A stretch of 64,000 bases of DNA, taken from positions 67,769 through 131,768 of the forward strand of contig NIVC01001998.1 of assembly GCA_002269645.1 (NCBI GenBank), read 5' to 3'. The DNA comes from Macrostomum lignano. Its lineage: Eukaryota. Each line of letters starts with the position of its first letter. Position 1 is the stretch's first letter. The notes beneath the pieces were generated by a model, which saw only the letters and a program-made list of their open reading frames with translations, had not been told where the DNA came from and searched no databases. Both the position numbers and the translations under genes were made by a program. Positions 47,201-61,400 of this stretch are shown piece by piece.

Positions 47201-50200
47201 TATCTGAGCTATCTAGCTACTGAGCTATCTAGCTATCTGAGCTATCTAGCTACTGAGCTATCTAGCTACTGAGCTATCTAGCTACTGAGCTATCTAGCTA
47301 CTGAGCTATCTGAGCTATTCTGAGCTATCTAGCTACTGAGCTATCTAGCTACTGAGCTATCTAGCTACTGAGCTATCTAGCTACTGAGCTATCTAGCTAC
47401 GGAGCTATCTAGCTATTGAGCTATCTAGCTATCTGAGCTATCTAGCTACTGAGCTATCTAGCTACTGAGCTATCTAGCTACTGAGCTATCTAGCTACGGA
47501 GCTATCTAGCTATTGAGCTATCTGAGCTATCTAGCTACTGAGCTATCTGAGCTATCTGAGCTATCTAGCTACTGAGCTATCTGAGCTATCTGAGCTATCT
47601 AGCTACTGAGCTATCTAGCTATCTGAGCTATCTAGCTACTGAGCTATCTAGCTACTGAGCTATCTAGCTACGGAGCTATCTAGCTATTGAGCTATCTGAG
47701 CTATCTAGCTACTGAGCTATCTGAGCTATCTGAGCTATCTAGCTACTAAGCTATCTAGCTATCTGAGCTATCTAGCTACTGAGCTATCTAGCTATCTGAG
47801 CTATCTGAGCTATCTAGCTATCTGAGCTATCTGAGCTATCTAGCTACTGAGCTATCTAGCTATCTGAGCTATCTAGCTACTGAGCTATCTAGCTATCTGA
47901 GCTATCTAGCTACTGAGCTATCTAGCTACTGAGCTATCTAGCTACTGAGCTATCTAGCTACTGAGCTATCTGAGCTATTCTGAGCTATCTAGCTACTGAG
48001 CTATCTAGCTACTGAGCTATCTAGCTACTGAGCTATCTAGCTACTGAGCTATCTAGCTACTGAGCTATCTGAGCTATCTAGCTACTGAGCTATCTAGCTA
48101 CTGAGCTATCTAGCTACTGAGCTATCTAGCTACTGAGCTATCTGAGCTATCTGAGCTATCTAGCTACTGAGCTATCTGAGCTATCTGAGCTATCTAGCTA
48201 CTGAGCTATCTAGCTACTGAGCTATCTGAGCTATCTGAGCTATTCTGAGCTATCTAGCTACTGAGCTGTCTGAGCTATCTGAGCTATCTGAGCTTCTGAG
48301 CTATCTAGCTACTGAGCTATCTGAGCTATCTGAGCTATCTGAGCTATCTGAGCTATCTGAGCTATCTAGCTACTGAGCTATCTAGCTACTGAGCTATCTA
48401 GCTACTGAGCTATCTAGCTAATCATCTATCTGGCTACTGAGCTATCTAGCTAATAATCTATCTAGCTACTGAGCTGTCTGGCTACGGAGCTATCTGAGCT
48501 ATCTAGCTACTGAGCTATCTGAGCTATCTAGCTACTGAGCTATCTAGCTAATCATCTATCTAGCTACTGAGCTATCTAGCTACTGAGCTATCTAGCTACT
48601 GAGCTATCTAGCTACTGAGCTGTCTAGCTACTGAGCTATCTAGCTAATCATCTATCTGGCTACTGAGCTATCTAGCTACTGAGCTATCTAGCTACTGAGC
48701 TATCTATAGCTACTGAGCTATCTAGCTACTGATCTATCTAGCTACTGAGCTATCTGAGCTATCTAGCTACTGAGCTATCTAGCTACTGAGCTATCTGAGC
48801 TATCTAGCTACTGAGCTATCTAGCTACTGAGCTATCTGAGCTATCTGAGATATCTAGCTACTGATCTATCTAGCTACTGAGCTATCTAGCTACTTAGCTA
48901 TCCAGCTACTGAGCTATCTAGCTACTTAGCTATCCAGCTACTGAGCTATCTAGCTACTTAGCTATCCAGCTACTGAGCTATCTAGCTACTTAGCTATCCA
49001 GCTACTGAGCTATCTAGCTACTGAGCTATCTGAGCTATCTGAGATATCTAGCTACTGATCTATCTAGCTACTGAGCTATCTAGCTACTGATCTATCTAGC
49101 TACTGAGCTATCTAGCTACTTAGCTATCCAGCTACTGAGCTATCTAGCTACTGAGCTATCTGAGCTATCTGAGATATCTAGCTACTGATCTATCTAGCTA
49201 CTGAGCTATCTAGCTACTGATCTATCTAGCTACTGAGCTATCTAGCTACTTAGCTATCCAGCTACTGAGCTATCTAGCTACTTAGCTATCCAGCTACTGA
49301 GCTATCTAGCTACTGATCTATCTAGCTACTGAGCTATCTAGCTACTTAGCTATCCAGCTACTGAGCTATCTAGCTACTTAGCTATCCAGCTACTGAGCTA
49401 TCTAGCTACTTAGCTATCCAGCTACTGAGCTATCTAGCTACTTAGCTATCCAGCTACTGAGCTATCTAGCTACTGAGCTATCTGAGCTATCTGAGATATC
49501 TAGCTACTGATCTATCTAGCTACTGAGCTATCTAGCTACTGATCTATCTAGCTACTGAGCTATCTAGCTACTTAGCTATCCAGCTACTGAGCTATCTAGC
49601 TACTTAGCTATCCAGCTACTGAGCTATCTAGCTACTTAGCTATCCAGCTACTGAGCTATCTAGCTACTTAGCTATCCAGCTACTGAGCTATCTAGCTACT
49701 TAGCTATCCAGCTACTGAGCTATCTAGCTACTTAGCTATCCAGCTACTGAGCTATCTAGCTACTGATCTATCTAGCTACTGAGCTATCTAGCTACTTAGC
49801 TATCCAGCTACTGAGCTATCTAGCTACTTAGCTATCCAGCTACTGAGCTATCTAGCTACTGAGCTATCTGAGCTATCTGAGATATCTAGCTACTGATCTA
49901 TCTAGCTACTGAGCTATCTAGCTACTTAGCTATCCAGCTACTGAGCTATCTAGCTACTTAGCTATCCAGCTACTGAGCTAGCTAGCTACTTAGCTATCCA
50001 GCTACTGAGCTATCTAGCTACTTAGCTATCCAGCTACTGAGCTATCTAGCTACTTAGCTATCCAGCTACTGAGCTATCTAGCTACTGATCTATCTAGCTA
50101 CTGAGCTATCTAGCTACTTAGCTATCCAGCTACTGAGCTATCTAGCTACTGAGCTATCTGAGCTATCTGAGATATCTAGCTACTGATCTATCTAGCTACT

Positions 50201-53200
50201 GAGCTATCTAGCTACTGATCTATCTAGCTACTGAGCTATCTAGCTACTTAGCTATCCAGCTACTGAGCTATCTAGCTACTTAGCTATCCAGCTACTGAGC
50301 TATCTAGCTACTTAGCTATCCAGCTACTGAGCTATCTAGCTGAGGCTATCCTGAGACCATAACCATTTAAAAAACCCAGATAGAGATAGTCTAACACCGA
50401 TTCGGACAAATTAGTGTTGCAAGTGTTGCCAGCATAAAAGTAGGCGCCAGCCCATGTACGAACTAGCAGATACTCCCGACTTCGTTTTAAGTCGCGCGTA
50501 CGTTGCTTAGTTTTATAAGCTAGTACTAAATATAGAAACACGCCTTGCTTGCCTTGAGTCCCATAGTTCTCTCGGTTTCTCTCTCTGGCAGGACATTAGA
50601 GCAGGGCAGTGACCAGCACTTGCTTAAAAACCTTTAATGCAGGCAAATAATAGCATAATAGCTGTGAGACACAAATATTTGCTAACCTCTCGAATGCCAT
50701 TTCATTAGACACTAAATACTTATATGGCGTATGAGAATCAGTTTTGGTTGCAGGAAAATATTCAAATGAGTGTGATGATTTTTGATAAATCAAGCCAAGT
50801 AAGACAGTTAAGAAGTTCAATAGCCAGATAGCTTAGTAGCTAGATTAGCTCAGTAGCTAGATAGCTCAGTAGCTAGATAGCTCAGTAGCCAGATAGATTA
50901 TTAGCTAGATAGCTCAGTAGCTAGACAGCTCAGTAGCTAGATGGCTCAGTAGCTAGACAGCTCAGTAGCTAGATAGCTCAGTAGCTAGATATCTCAGTAG
51001 CTAGATAGCTCAGTAGCTAAACAGCTCAGTAGCTAGATGGCTCAGTAGCTAGACAGCTCAGTAGCTAGATGGCTCAGTAGCTAGACAGCTCAGTAGCTAG
51101 ACAGCTCAGTAGCTAGACAGCTCAGTAGCTAGATAGCTCAGTAGCTAGACAGCTCAGTAGCTAGATAGCTCAGTAGCTAGATATCTCAGATAGCTAGATA
51201 GTTAACCTGTAACCCTGCCGCCTTGTCACCCCAACCGCACAGGCCTATCAAACGGACAAACCGGAAACCCGTATCGCTCTGGCGACAGTCATTGTGACTG
51301 TGCAGGACAAAAACGACAACGACCCGGTGGTGTCGCCTGACTCTGTGACCACCAGCATAGCGGAAAATTCGGCTGTTGGCACCTACGTCACCAGACTCAC
51401 TGTGCAGGACAGGGACCTCGTGAGTGACTATTGATATTTGCCTTCTATCTCAGCCCTGGGCTTCTTACCGTAGTTTCTGGTTCTATTTTGATGACTTGTT
51501 ATTTCCACTCTTCTATTTCCACTGTTCTATTTCTACTGTTCTATTTCTACTGTTCTATTTCCACTGTTCTATTTCCACTGTTCTATTTCCACTGTTCTAT
51601 TTCCACTGTTCTATTTCCACTGTTCTATTTCCACGATTATATTTCACTGCTATATATTTCCATGAATCTCTATTGTAGCCATTCTAATTGCGTGGTTTCA
51701 ATCCGCAATTTCTAAATTATATTTATGATTCTATTTCTGGACACGACTTCCGAGTCCTGACTAGATGACTATAAAGTCTATATTACACAAAGGATGATGT
51801 TATGATAATCCTGAGCATAGCTAACACTCATAAATAAGATAGACTATTCCTTTCAAGACTGGCATACTTCAGCCCAACCCACGGCTGCTACAGGCTCTGC
51901 ATGTGGGCTATTTTTTTGCCTAGAGTTGCTCTCGAGAGCAGCTGGGGGGTGAACTAGATGAATTTTTTCTCACCTCTTCACTGTTTGAGGCGGTGACTAG
52001 ATGAGTTTATTGGAATAAAATGGGGCCAAAGAAGACGCCCAAGGAGCAGTTTTGGCTACAATTTTCTTGCTGATCCGAAGTGATCTTTAAAAGCATTAGA
52101 AGCAAACTGCTGTTAAAAGCAGTTGGTTTCTGAGATCCGAATGTGGAAACAGTGCCAAAAATTGTTTTTCTACAGATGGAGAAGCTTTTAATCAGCCCTT
52201 AATGAGTCACTAAGTTCGTTTGATACTTTGGGATACCCAATACCTGGACGCACCTTGAGACTACTTAGACGTTATCAGAGATACTCAGTCATACTCATAG
52301 ATACCCATACATACTCAGTCCTACTCAGACATACTCATAGATACTCAGTCATACTCAGAGATACTCAGAGATACTCAGTCCCACTCAGAGATACTCAGTC
52401 CCACTCAGAGATACTCAGTCACACTCAGACATACTCAGTCCCACTCAGAGATACTCAGTCACACTCAGACATACTCAGTCACACTCAGAGATACTCAGTC
52501 ACACTCAGACATACTCAGTCACACTCAGACATACTCAGTCCCACTCAGAGATACTCAGTCACACTCAGACATACTCAGTCCCACTCAGAGATACTCAGTC
52601 ACACTCAGACATACTCAGTCCCACTCAGAGATACTCAGTCACACTCAGACATACTCAGTCACACTCAGAGATACTCAGTCACACTCAGACATACTCAGTC
52701 ACACTCAGACATACTCAGTCCCACTCAGAGATACTCAGTCACACTCAGACATACTCAGTCCCACTCAGAGATACTCAGTCACACTCAGACATACTCAGTC
52801 CCACTCAGAGATACTCAGTCACACTCAGACATACTCAGTCCTACTCAGAGATTCTCAGTCATACTCAGACTTACTCAGTCCTACTCAGAGATACTCAGTC
52901 ACACTCAGACATACTCAGTCCTACTCAGAGATACTCAGTCATGCTCAGACATACTCAGTCCTACTCAGAGATACTCAGTCCTACTCAGAGATACTCAGTC
53001 ATACTCAGACATACTGAGAGATCTCAAAGACACACAAAAGTTATTACGATGCTGTTACTATAATTACCCATTGAAAACCAAATGAAATTTATCATTTATA
53101 TTAATTATTAAAATTTTATTTCAGAACTCGTCGTCAGAGTTTCTCATTGCCGATCCAAGCGGTGCCTTTCAAATTGACTCAACAACTGGCGTGGTCACCG

Positions 53201-55344
53201 TGCTGAATGCCACCTTGCTGGACAGGGAGCTCTATGCGGATTTCACCTTCCAGGTGAGACTGATCGACTGGGTGATGATTGACTTGCATCATTATGATTT
53301 AGTGATGTTATAAATGATTCAGTAATGCTGATGATGATTCAGTGATGATATAATTGATTCAGTGATGATATAGATGATTCAGTGATGTTATAGATGATTC
53401 AGTGATGATATAGATGATATAATTGATTCAGTGATGTTATAGATGATTCAGTGATGATATAGATGATTCAGTGATGTTATAGATTATTCAGTGATGATAT
53501 AGATGATTCAGTGATGATATAGATGATTCAGTGATGATATAGATGATTCAGTGATGTTATAAATGATTCAGTAATGCTGATGATGATTCAGTGATGATAT
53601 AGATGATTCAGTGATGATATAATTGATTCAGTGATGTTATAGATGATTCAGTGATGATATAGATGATTCAGTGATGATATAATTGATTCAGTGATGATAT
53701 AGATGATTCAGTGATGATATAGATGATTCAGTGATGATATAGATGATTCAGTGATGATATAGATGATTCAGTGATGATATAGATGATTCAGTGATGATAT
53801 AGATGATTCAGTGATGATATAATTGATTCAGTGATGATATAGATGATTCAGTGATGATATAGATGATTCAGTGATGATATAGATGATTCAGTGATGATAT
53901 AGATGATTCAGTGATGATATAGATGATTCAGTGATGCTCCAGATGAGTCAATGCTGCTATAGATGATTCAGTAATTCTGTACATGATAAAAGGATGCTAG
54001 ATATGATTAAGTGAAACATTTTAATGATTCCTTAATGAGTTTACATTTTTATGTATTTTTAATTTGTCAAACCCAACAAAGAACCGTCTCAATTTACCAA
54101 TCAACCAAAAATACGTCTAGAGTTTTGTATGAACTGAATTGGATTTCAGTCAGTACAGATTCAGTCAGTTGCAGGCAAACAAATGAAAATCCAATTCGTA
54201 CAATAATGACTGCGCGATGGACTGAAGAGCCGACAGAAGAGTCACTCTTTATTATTTTATTAAGTGCAGGGGTAGTGAGGCAGCGGTGGCAGAGGTCCGG
54301 GCGATTGTTGGAAATCACCGATTCAACCAGAGAACAGGGACAGAGAGAGGAAATTCGTGTTGCCATGGCAACGAGGAGAGACGCTTATTTTTTAAAGCAC
54401 ATCCGTGTTGTCTGAGTTAGGTAGCTGGACACCCGCGCGTAGGGCAGCTTCTGAATTTTTACTCAAGCCTATGTGACGCTGGGGGCTTTACATTGGGTAA
54501 AGGAAGTGTCAGTGTCGATTACATTATTCTGTGTTTTCTCGCTAGCGCTGAGGCTCTGAGGCAGAATATCGCGTTTCTTTCCTGGCTTAAGTAAGGGCTT
54601 GCTTGAGTAGCTTGTCATTGAATGACACACCTGGCATGACAAGGTGTAAGCCCCAGGTGTGTTTGACCGGCGATAACTGACAAAAAATGCGACACTGTTA
54701 ATATATTTTGATGGGATAAAAAGGGATTTGAGGCCTAGAATAGAATAGAATAGAATAGAATAGAATAGAATAGAATAGAATAGAATAGAATAGAATAGAA
54801 TAGAATAGAATAGAATAGAATAGAATAGAATAGAATAGAATAGAATAGAATAGAATAGAATAGAATAGAATAGAATAGAATAGAATAGAATAGAATAGAA
54901 TAGAATAGAATAGAATAGAATAGAATAGAATAGAATAGAATAGAATAGAATAGAATAGAATAGAATAGAATAGAATAGAATAGAATAGAATAGAATAGAA
55001 TAGAATAGAATAGAATAGAATAGAATAGAATAGAATAGAATAGAATAGAATAGAATAGAATAGAATAGAATAGAATAGAATAGAATAGAATAGAATAGAA
55101 TAGAATAGAATAGAATGAGGTAAGTTTAACAGAAACGAATAAAATAACGCAAATTCAGAAGGTAGAGAATTTTATTTAATTGAACTTAGACAAGATCAGA
55201 GTTTCCAATCGTGCATAATTTACGATTTGGGCGGAATTTTTAGTGTCTCGATGAGTCAGCCTCAAGTCTGTCTTGACAATTTCCGCTTATACTTTTATTT
55301 TGCGTTTATATATTTACATCACAACGTCTTACAGACAGACAGAA

Positions 55345-55435
<91 letters not shown>

Positions 55436-58400
55436 TAGACAGACAGTCACACAGACAGACAGATAGACAGACAGTCACACAGACAGACAGATAGACAAAC
55501 AGACATACGTTACCTGATAGGTGAGTTAGTTTACCACAACTCTCTTACCTCTTCAAAACCAGGTCTACGCCCGCGAACTGTACACAGCGGAGCAGTTCAT
55601 GAGCAACAACGTGACAGTGATGGTGACTCTGACAGACGTCAACGACAACAGTCCGCAGTTTCTTCAGCCATCGTTTGAGTTCAATGTGTCCGAGACCGCA
55701 GCCAATGGGTCTTTGCTAGGCTATGTGAGACTGCTTTTAACTTTGCTGCTATAATATACAATTATATTATTTCAATAATGCCCGATGTACTTTATATTTG
55801 TACAGACCAATGCATACCCCATGTGCACCAGATTGTGCAACCTGGCGTATCTAGCAATTCTCACACCTGGTATGCCCTTACCTAATACGAGCGTATACAA
55901 TGTATGTATTGTTCTCGTCACGATGTGCAGCGTAAATGATCACGAAATCCTAATGTGAGAACTGATGTGTACTGTGTGTACTGTACATCGTTGTGTATAT
56001 CCTGGTGTAAAACCTGATGTACATCCTGATGTGCATCCTGGTGTAAAACTTGACGTACATCCCGGTGTACAACCTGATGTACGTCCTGGTGTACATCCTG
56101 GTGTACATCCAGGTGTACATCCTGGTGTACAACCTGGTGTATAACTTGATGTACATTCCAGTGTACATCCTGGTTTACTACTTAATGTACAACCTGATGA
56201 AAAATCCGATGTACGATCTGCTACACAAGCTGGTGTAAACCTGGTGCTCAACCTGATTCGTGCCTTCAGAATCCAAATTGTAAAATATCTGGCCTGAGGA
56301 GGCGATATTCTCAATAATTTACCCAGAAAGAAATGAACAAACAACTCAGACGAACCGCCAACTCAAAAAAACCCATTTCCAGCTAAATGCCTCGGATTTG
56401 GACGCGGGACTGAATGGCCAGGTGAAAGTCTCGTTATCCTACGCTTCGGACAATGGACAATCAGTGATGTACATCGACTCCAACACGGGTGAACTCCGGC
56501 TCAAAGCGTTGCTAACTGACAACGCAGTGTTTGTGTCCACCTATCAGCTCGTTGTCACGGCAACCGATCAGGCCGCAGTAGAGAAAGACCGGCGCAGCAA
56601 CCTGGCTCTGGTCCGGGTTAACATCCTGAGCGCGTCGGTGTCGCCTCCGGTGTTTGCACCAGCGTTTTTCACGGCCAGCGTGACTGAGGCTGCGCCCATT
56701 GGGACCAACGTTGTGCGGCTCACGGTGAGACTTTATTCCCCGTATTTGATTTCCCACGCCTGATTACCTACACCTGATTATCCACACCTGATTCCCCACG
56801 CCTGATTACCCACACCTGATTCCCCACACCTGATTCCCCATACCTAATTTCCCATACTTAATTTACCATACCTAATTTCCCCCATTATATTCCCCATACC
56901 CGTCTCACTACAATACCCGCTTCCCCATACCTGTCTTTAGATTCTATCTACCTTCGCTAAAAAGTACTCAATGTATCTGTTGATATTTTAGGCAACTCAC
57001 AAGTACCCTGGAGCAGTGCTGAACTACACTTTGCTCAACACAATAGGAAGTGACAGATTCACCGTAGTTACGCAATCCAACGAGTAAGCGAAACATAAGT
57101 AATTCTATTTTTACAGAACGGATAATGAAAAACTGCTGAAAATTTGAACTGTTGCAGAGGATTCGTGCGGATCTCTTTGGGTCTGGATCGAGAGACGGTG
57201 AACTTCTACAACTTGACCGTGGTAGTCTCAGATGGCACCATGGTAAGAGCAGCGGATCAAAAAAATTGATCTGTCTTCCATTTTTCACGGTTACTTTGCG
57301 AGAAGATATGGCTTAAGACAAGTCTCATTTGCTTGGCCTATTCAGAACGCCACCGCCCCAGTGAACATCACAGTCCTAGACTACAACGATCAGACTCCGA
57401 AATTTAACCAGTCGTCTTTCAACTTCACCATCTCGGAGAATCTCGACGCTCCAGTCCTTCTCGGCCAGATTGTCGCCACAGACGCTGATCAGGAAGGTAC
57501 GTCGAACTCAGAAATTCAGTACAGCCTGATGGGTGCTCAGGCTGATACCTACTTCACGGTGAACGCAACGACCGGAGAGCTGTTCACTAAGTTGACACTG
57601 GACCGTGAGGCAACCCCGACCGGATTCACTTTCGCCGTGATGGCTCGGGATGGTGGCATGCCGGCTCTATCTTCAACAGTTGACGTTCGCGTCATTGTTG
57701 AGGACGTTAACGACAATGAGCCGCTGTTTGACGCGTCGACAACGGCAACTGCATCACTGGTTGAGAAAGGCACCTATGCTGATTTTCTGCAGATAAAGGT
57801 GAGTGGACCATCGCAAAAGTCAATGAAACCTTATGGCACAGAAGTTAAGCAAATTTTTGGAAGCATCGTGAAATCAGGAATCTCAATTGCTTCTATTTTT
57901 TATTGCTTTGATTATTTAAAGCGAGCACTTATTTGTTTAATACCTCGCCTCACCGACAGTTCACGGACGCAGATCTGGGCTCGAATCGAGACAGCCAGTT
58001 TGAGCTGGTTTCGCCGTCAGATCTAAACGGGTCCTTTGTCATCAACGCCACCACCGGCTTCCTCTCCTCCACGGTGCCGCTCACGCGGTCGCTATTCGGC
58101 AACGCATCCAGGCATAACATCACCGTGCTTGTGTACAACCTGCAACCGATGGCCAACTTCTCCGGCACAAATCAGACCTTTGTTGTAAGCGTCAACCTGT
58201 TGGACTCGAACGACAATCGACCAATCTTTGTTCAACGAGTTTTTACTGCCACAGTGCGTGAAGATCTTTTCGTTGGACGCGAGATAACGAGTGCTAAGGC
58301 CAACGATTTGGATACTACGGCGCCTTATTCTACCATCGTCTATAATATCACGGGCGGCAATGAGCTCGGGAAGTTTCGCCTGGACTCCAGCACGGGTTCG

Positions 58401-61400
58401 CTGACTCTTTGGCAGTCGTTGAACTACGACGAGCCGGACCGCAATAGGAACTTCTCGATTCAGGTGAAGACTCGGATGATTGTTGTATATGCAGACTAGC
58501 GCATCAGACCCCCCGTGGGGGTTGCGATTCTGGTATTGTAGATTTTCCAGTTAACTAGATATTGATCTTTCGCGTCTCTCTTACTTGACCAATGCTTAAG
58601 CTTTTAAGAGGAAATTACAATAGCTCGTAAGAGGTCTATTTTTAAATAGTAATGGCGTTTTATAAGCCTCAGTAAGCTTAGACTTTTAGGGGCAAAATGT
58701 GGTCGGAAGAGTATTGCTTCTTCAAAAAGAATTCACTGCGTAGATTGCATCCTTACTCTGACACTTCACGTAGAACACTTAAGGCAGCTTCTTAAGTTAT
58801 AGCCAGCTGAAATGGGACTGGCAGATCGATGCATCATATCGATTTTGAGCACTGGGAAAGCATATTGCAGCATTGGAGATTAGGATTCTTCTGAACGAAA
58901 GGCCCAAGTAAATATAAGATCATATAACTTTTACCTGTCAATTTTTCCACTAAATGAGCTTCACCTGTATTTCCACAGATTATTGCCTACAACCCGGCCT
59001 CAGGATCTGGCGGGTCACTCCTCAATGACACGGCGGAAATTCAAATCAGCATCACGGATGTAAATGACAATGCGCCAGTGTTCACGCAGAGTAAGGCCCG
59101 AATTCTTACGCTGTTATTAGCATTGGTTTTACATGCTAAATGAGAATTTTTCCAGCACTTTTTAAGACTGAGATTGTTGTTTAATAAATCGACTTTAAAC
59201 CTTTTGAGAACGTCTTGCAAGCAGAGTGAGAATAGTAGCAGACAGAACTGCTACTTACAGCTGCTATAATACTATGCACATGCAACAGTTGCCCGTTGCC
59301 GCGCCATGAAAGCTTTTCGCAATCACAATCAATATTCTCTACTAATAAGTAGACAAACCCAGACAGACAACTCGGCAGCATTAAACCTATATTTGAGTAA
59401 TAGCTCGTGCATTTAACTGCCGGCCGTAATCAACGTGCAAGCGCGATTGCCGCTAAGTTGCTCTGCTGAGTTGGTCTCAGATTGCGGCGAAAATGTCTCA
59501 CTTTACCTACAAAAACCATTATTACAGCATACTTTATTACTATTGTCCAGTTAGTTTGGCTGGGTATAACTTTTCGTTGATGAAATCCTATTGCAGCTCA
59601 ATACGATTTCTCAATAAATGAGACGCAATCGACCGGTTCCGTCATCAGCACGGCGATACGCGCCACAGACAATGATTCAACGCCGGATACAACCGCGGCG
59701 GTTTTTTACGAGCTTCGTCCCTCTGGCGGGCCATTCGCCATCGACAACGCCACCGGCAGCTTCAGTTTGGCGTCGTCCGTCAGCAGAGACGACGGCGGTT
59801 CTGCCGTGCACACTTTGCAAGCGGTTGCCATCAATCTGGAGGCCACGCCGCAACTGTCAGCCGTAGTTACGGTCACTGTACGCGTCGCTAATGTCAATAA
59901 CAATCCGCCCGTATTCTCCGCCAGTTTGTACAACTTTAGCGTGACTGAGAATGCGCCCTTGAGGACAAGTGTCGGCACTCTGACCGTCACTGATCGCGAC
60001 GGAGATGCCGTTACGATGACAGTCTTAAGTGGAGGTGCGCATTTTAGTCAATTGTAGAAACTGTCATAATGCTTTTCTTACGACACCAAGGAGTAAAGAA
60101 TGACATTTAAATTTTTTTCAGACATGTTCCTTGTCGATTCGACTTCTCTGCTCACCAATGCTAGCATTGATCGAGAGAGTCTGATGGAGAATCCCATCGT
60201 ACTCGTTGTGCAGGCCAGTGATGGCAGGTACCAGACGAACACTACAGTTCGAGTGACAGTCACAGATTTGAACGACAATGCGCCACAATTTTTACCGGCG
60301 GTTAGCGAGCTAACAGTTAGCGTTCAAGAAGCCGCGCCGAATGGGACTTCGGTTGTTAAGGTAAAAGCCATGTAGGGAGGCTTATTGGGACTCTGGAGCA
60401 TATTTAACGTTGCGACTAAATCGATCCAGACGACCAAAATTCAAGCCCAGAATCTCTGGTACACAAAACAGAAAAATGTTCATTTTTCTTACTTTTTTCA
60501 TTTCATTTTAGCTGAATTCAACAGACCCAGACGCTGGCCAGAATGGCAATGTCACCTACAGCATCGTGACTGTCAACAGCCCGTTTAAAATCAACGCTTT
60601 GACAGGCGAGATCACCGTTGCCAATGGAAACCTGCTCGATTACCAGAAACAGGCAGAGATTCCAATCTTAGTAGTGGCCAGTGACAGGGGTCAGCTGGTG
60701 CAATCTACAATGCTGACGTTGAAAGTTCAGCTAACCGATTCCAATGACAAACCGGTAGTTTTCAATCCCAAAGTCTACACGGCAACTGTGCAGGAAAATC
60801 AGAGTCCCGGTCAGTTCGTCACCAGACTTTTTGCAAGTGATGCAGACACAGTCCCGGCTGGCTTCAACTTTTCGTTGCCCGTAGCAGCAGATGCAAGCCT
60901 CTTTTATCTAGTCAATGCAACAATGACGAAAACAATCAGCTTACTGCTCAACGAATCTCTAGATAGAGAGCGGCAGAGCCTCTACTCAGTGACAGTCAGC
61001 GTCACTGACGGTCTGTTCAACGATTCGGCTATAGTTAATATAACTGTAGGAGATGAAAACGATAATCCGCCAACATTTCAAAAAACAGCCTATACGTTCT
61101 TTGCGGACGAGCAAGCTCCAAACGGTCAGGTTGTAGGCAGCGTAAAAGCCACCGATGCCGACATAGGATTCAATGCTCAGGTAAACTATTTCATTTCTGG
61201 CGGACAGGATAAGTTTGCTATCAACTACTCAACCGGAGAGATTTCTGTTCGAGCGTCAATAAATGGAACAGCTGGAACAAAATACGATATTATTGTGACG
61301 GCCCGCGATCAGGGAACGCCGTCTCTAAGTGGCACAACAACCGTGACGGTCTACGCCAATCAGACCAACTCGAATACTCCGATCTTCTCGCCATCAATCT

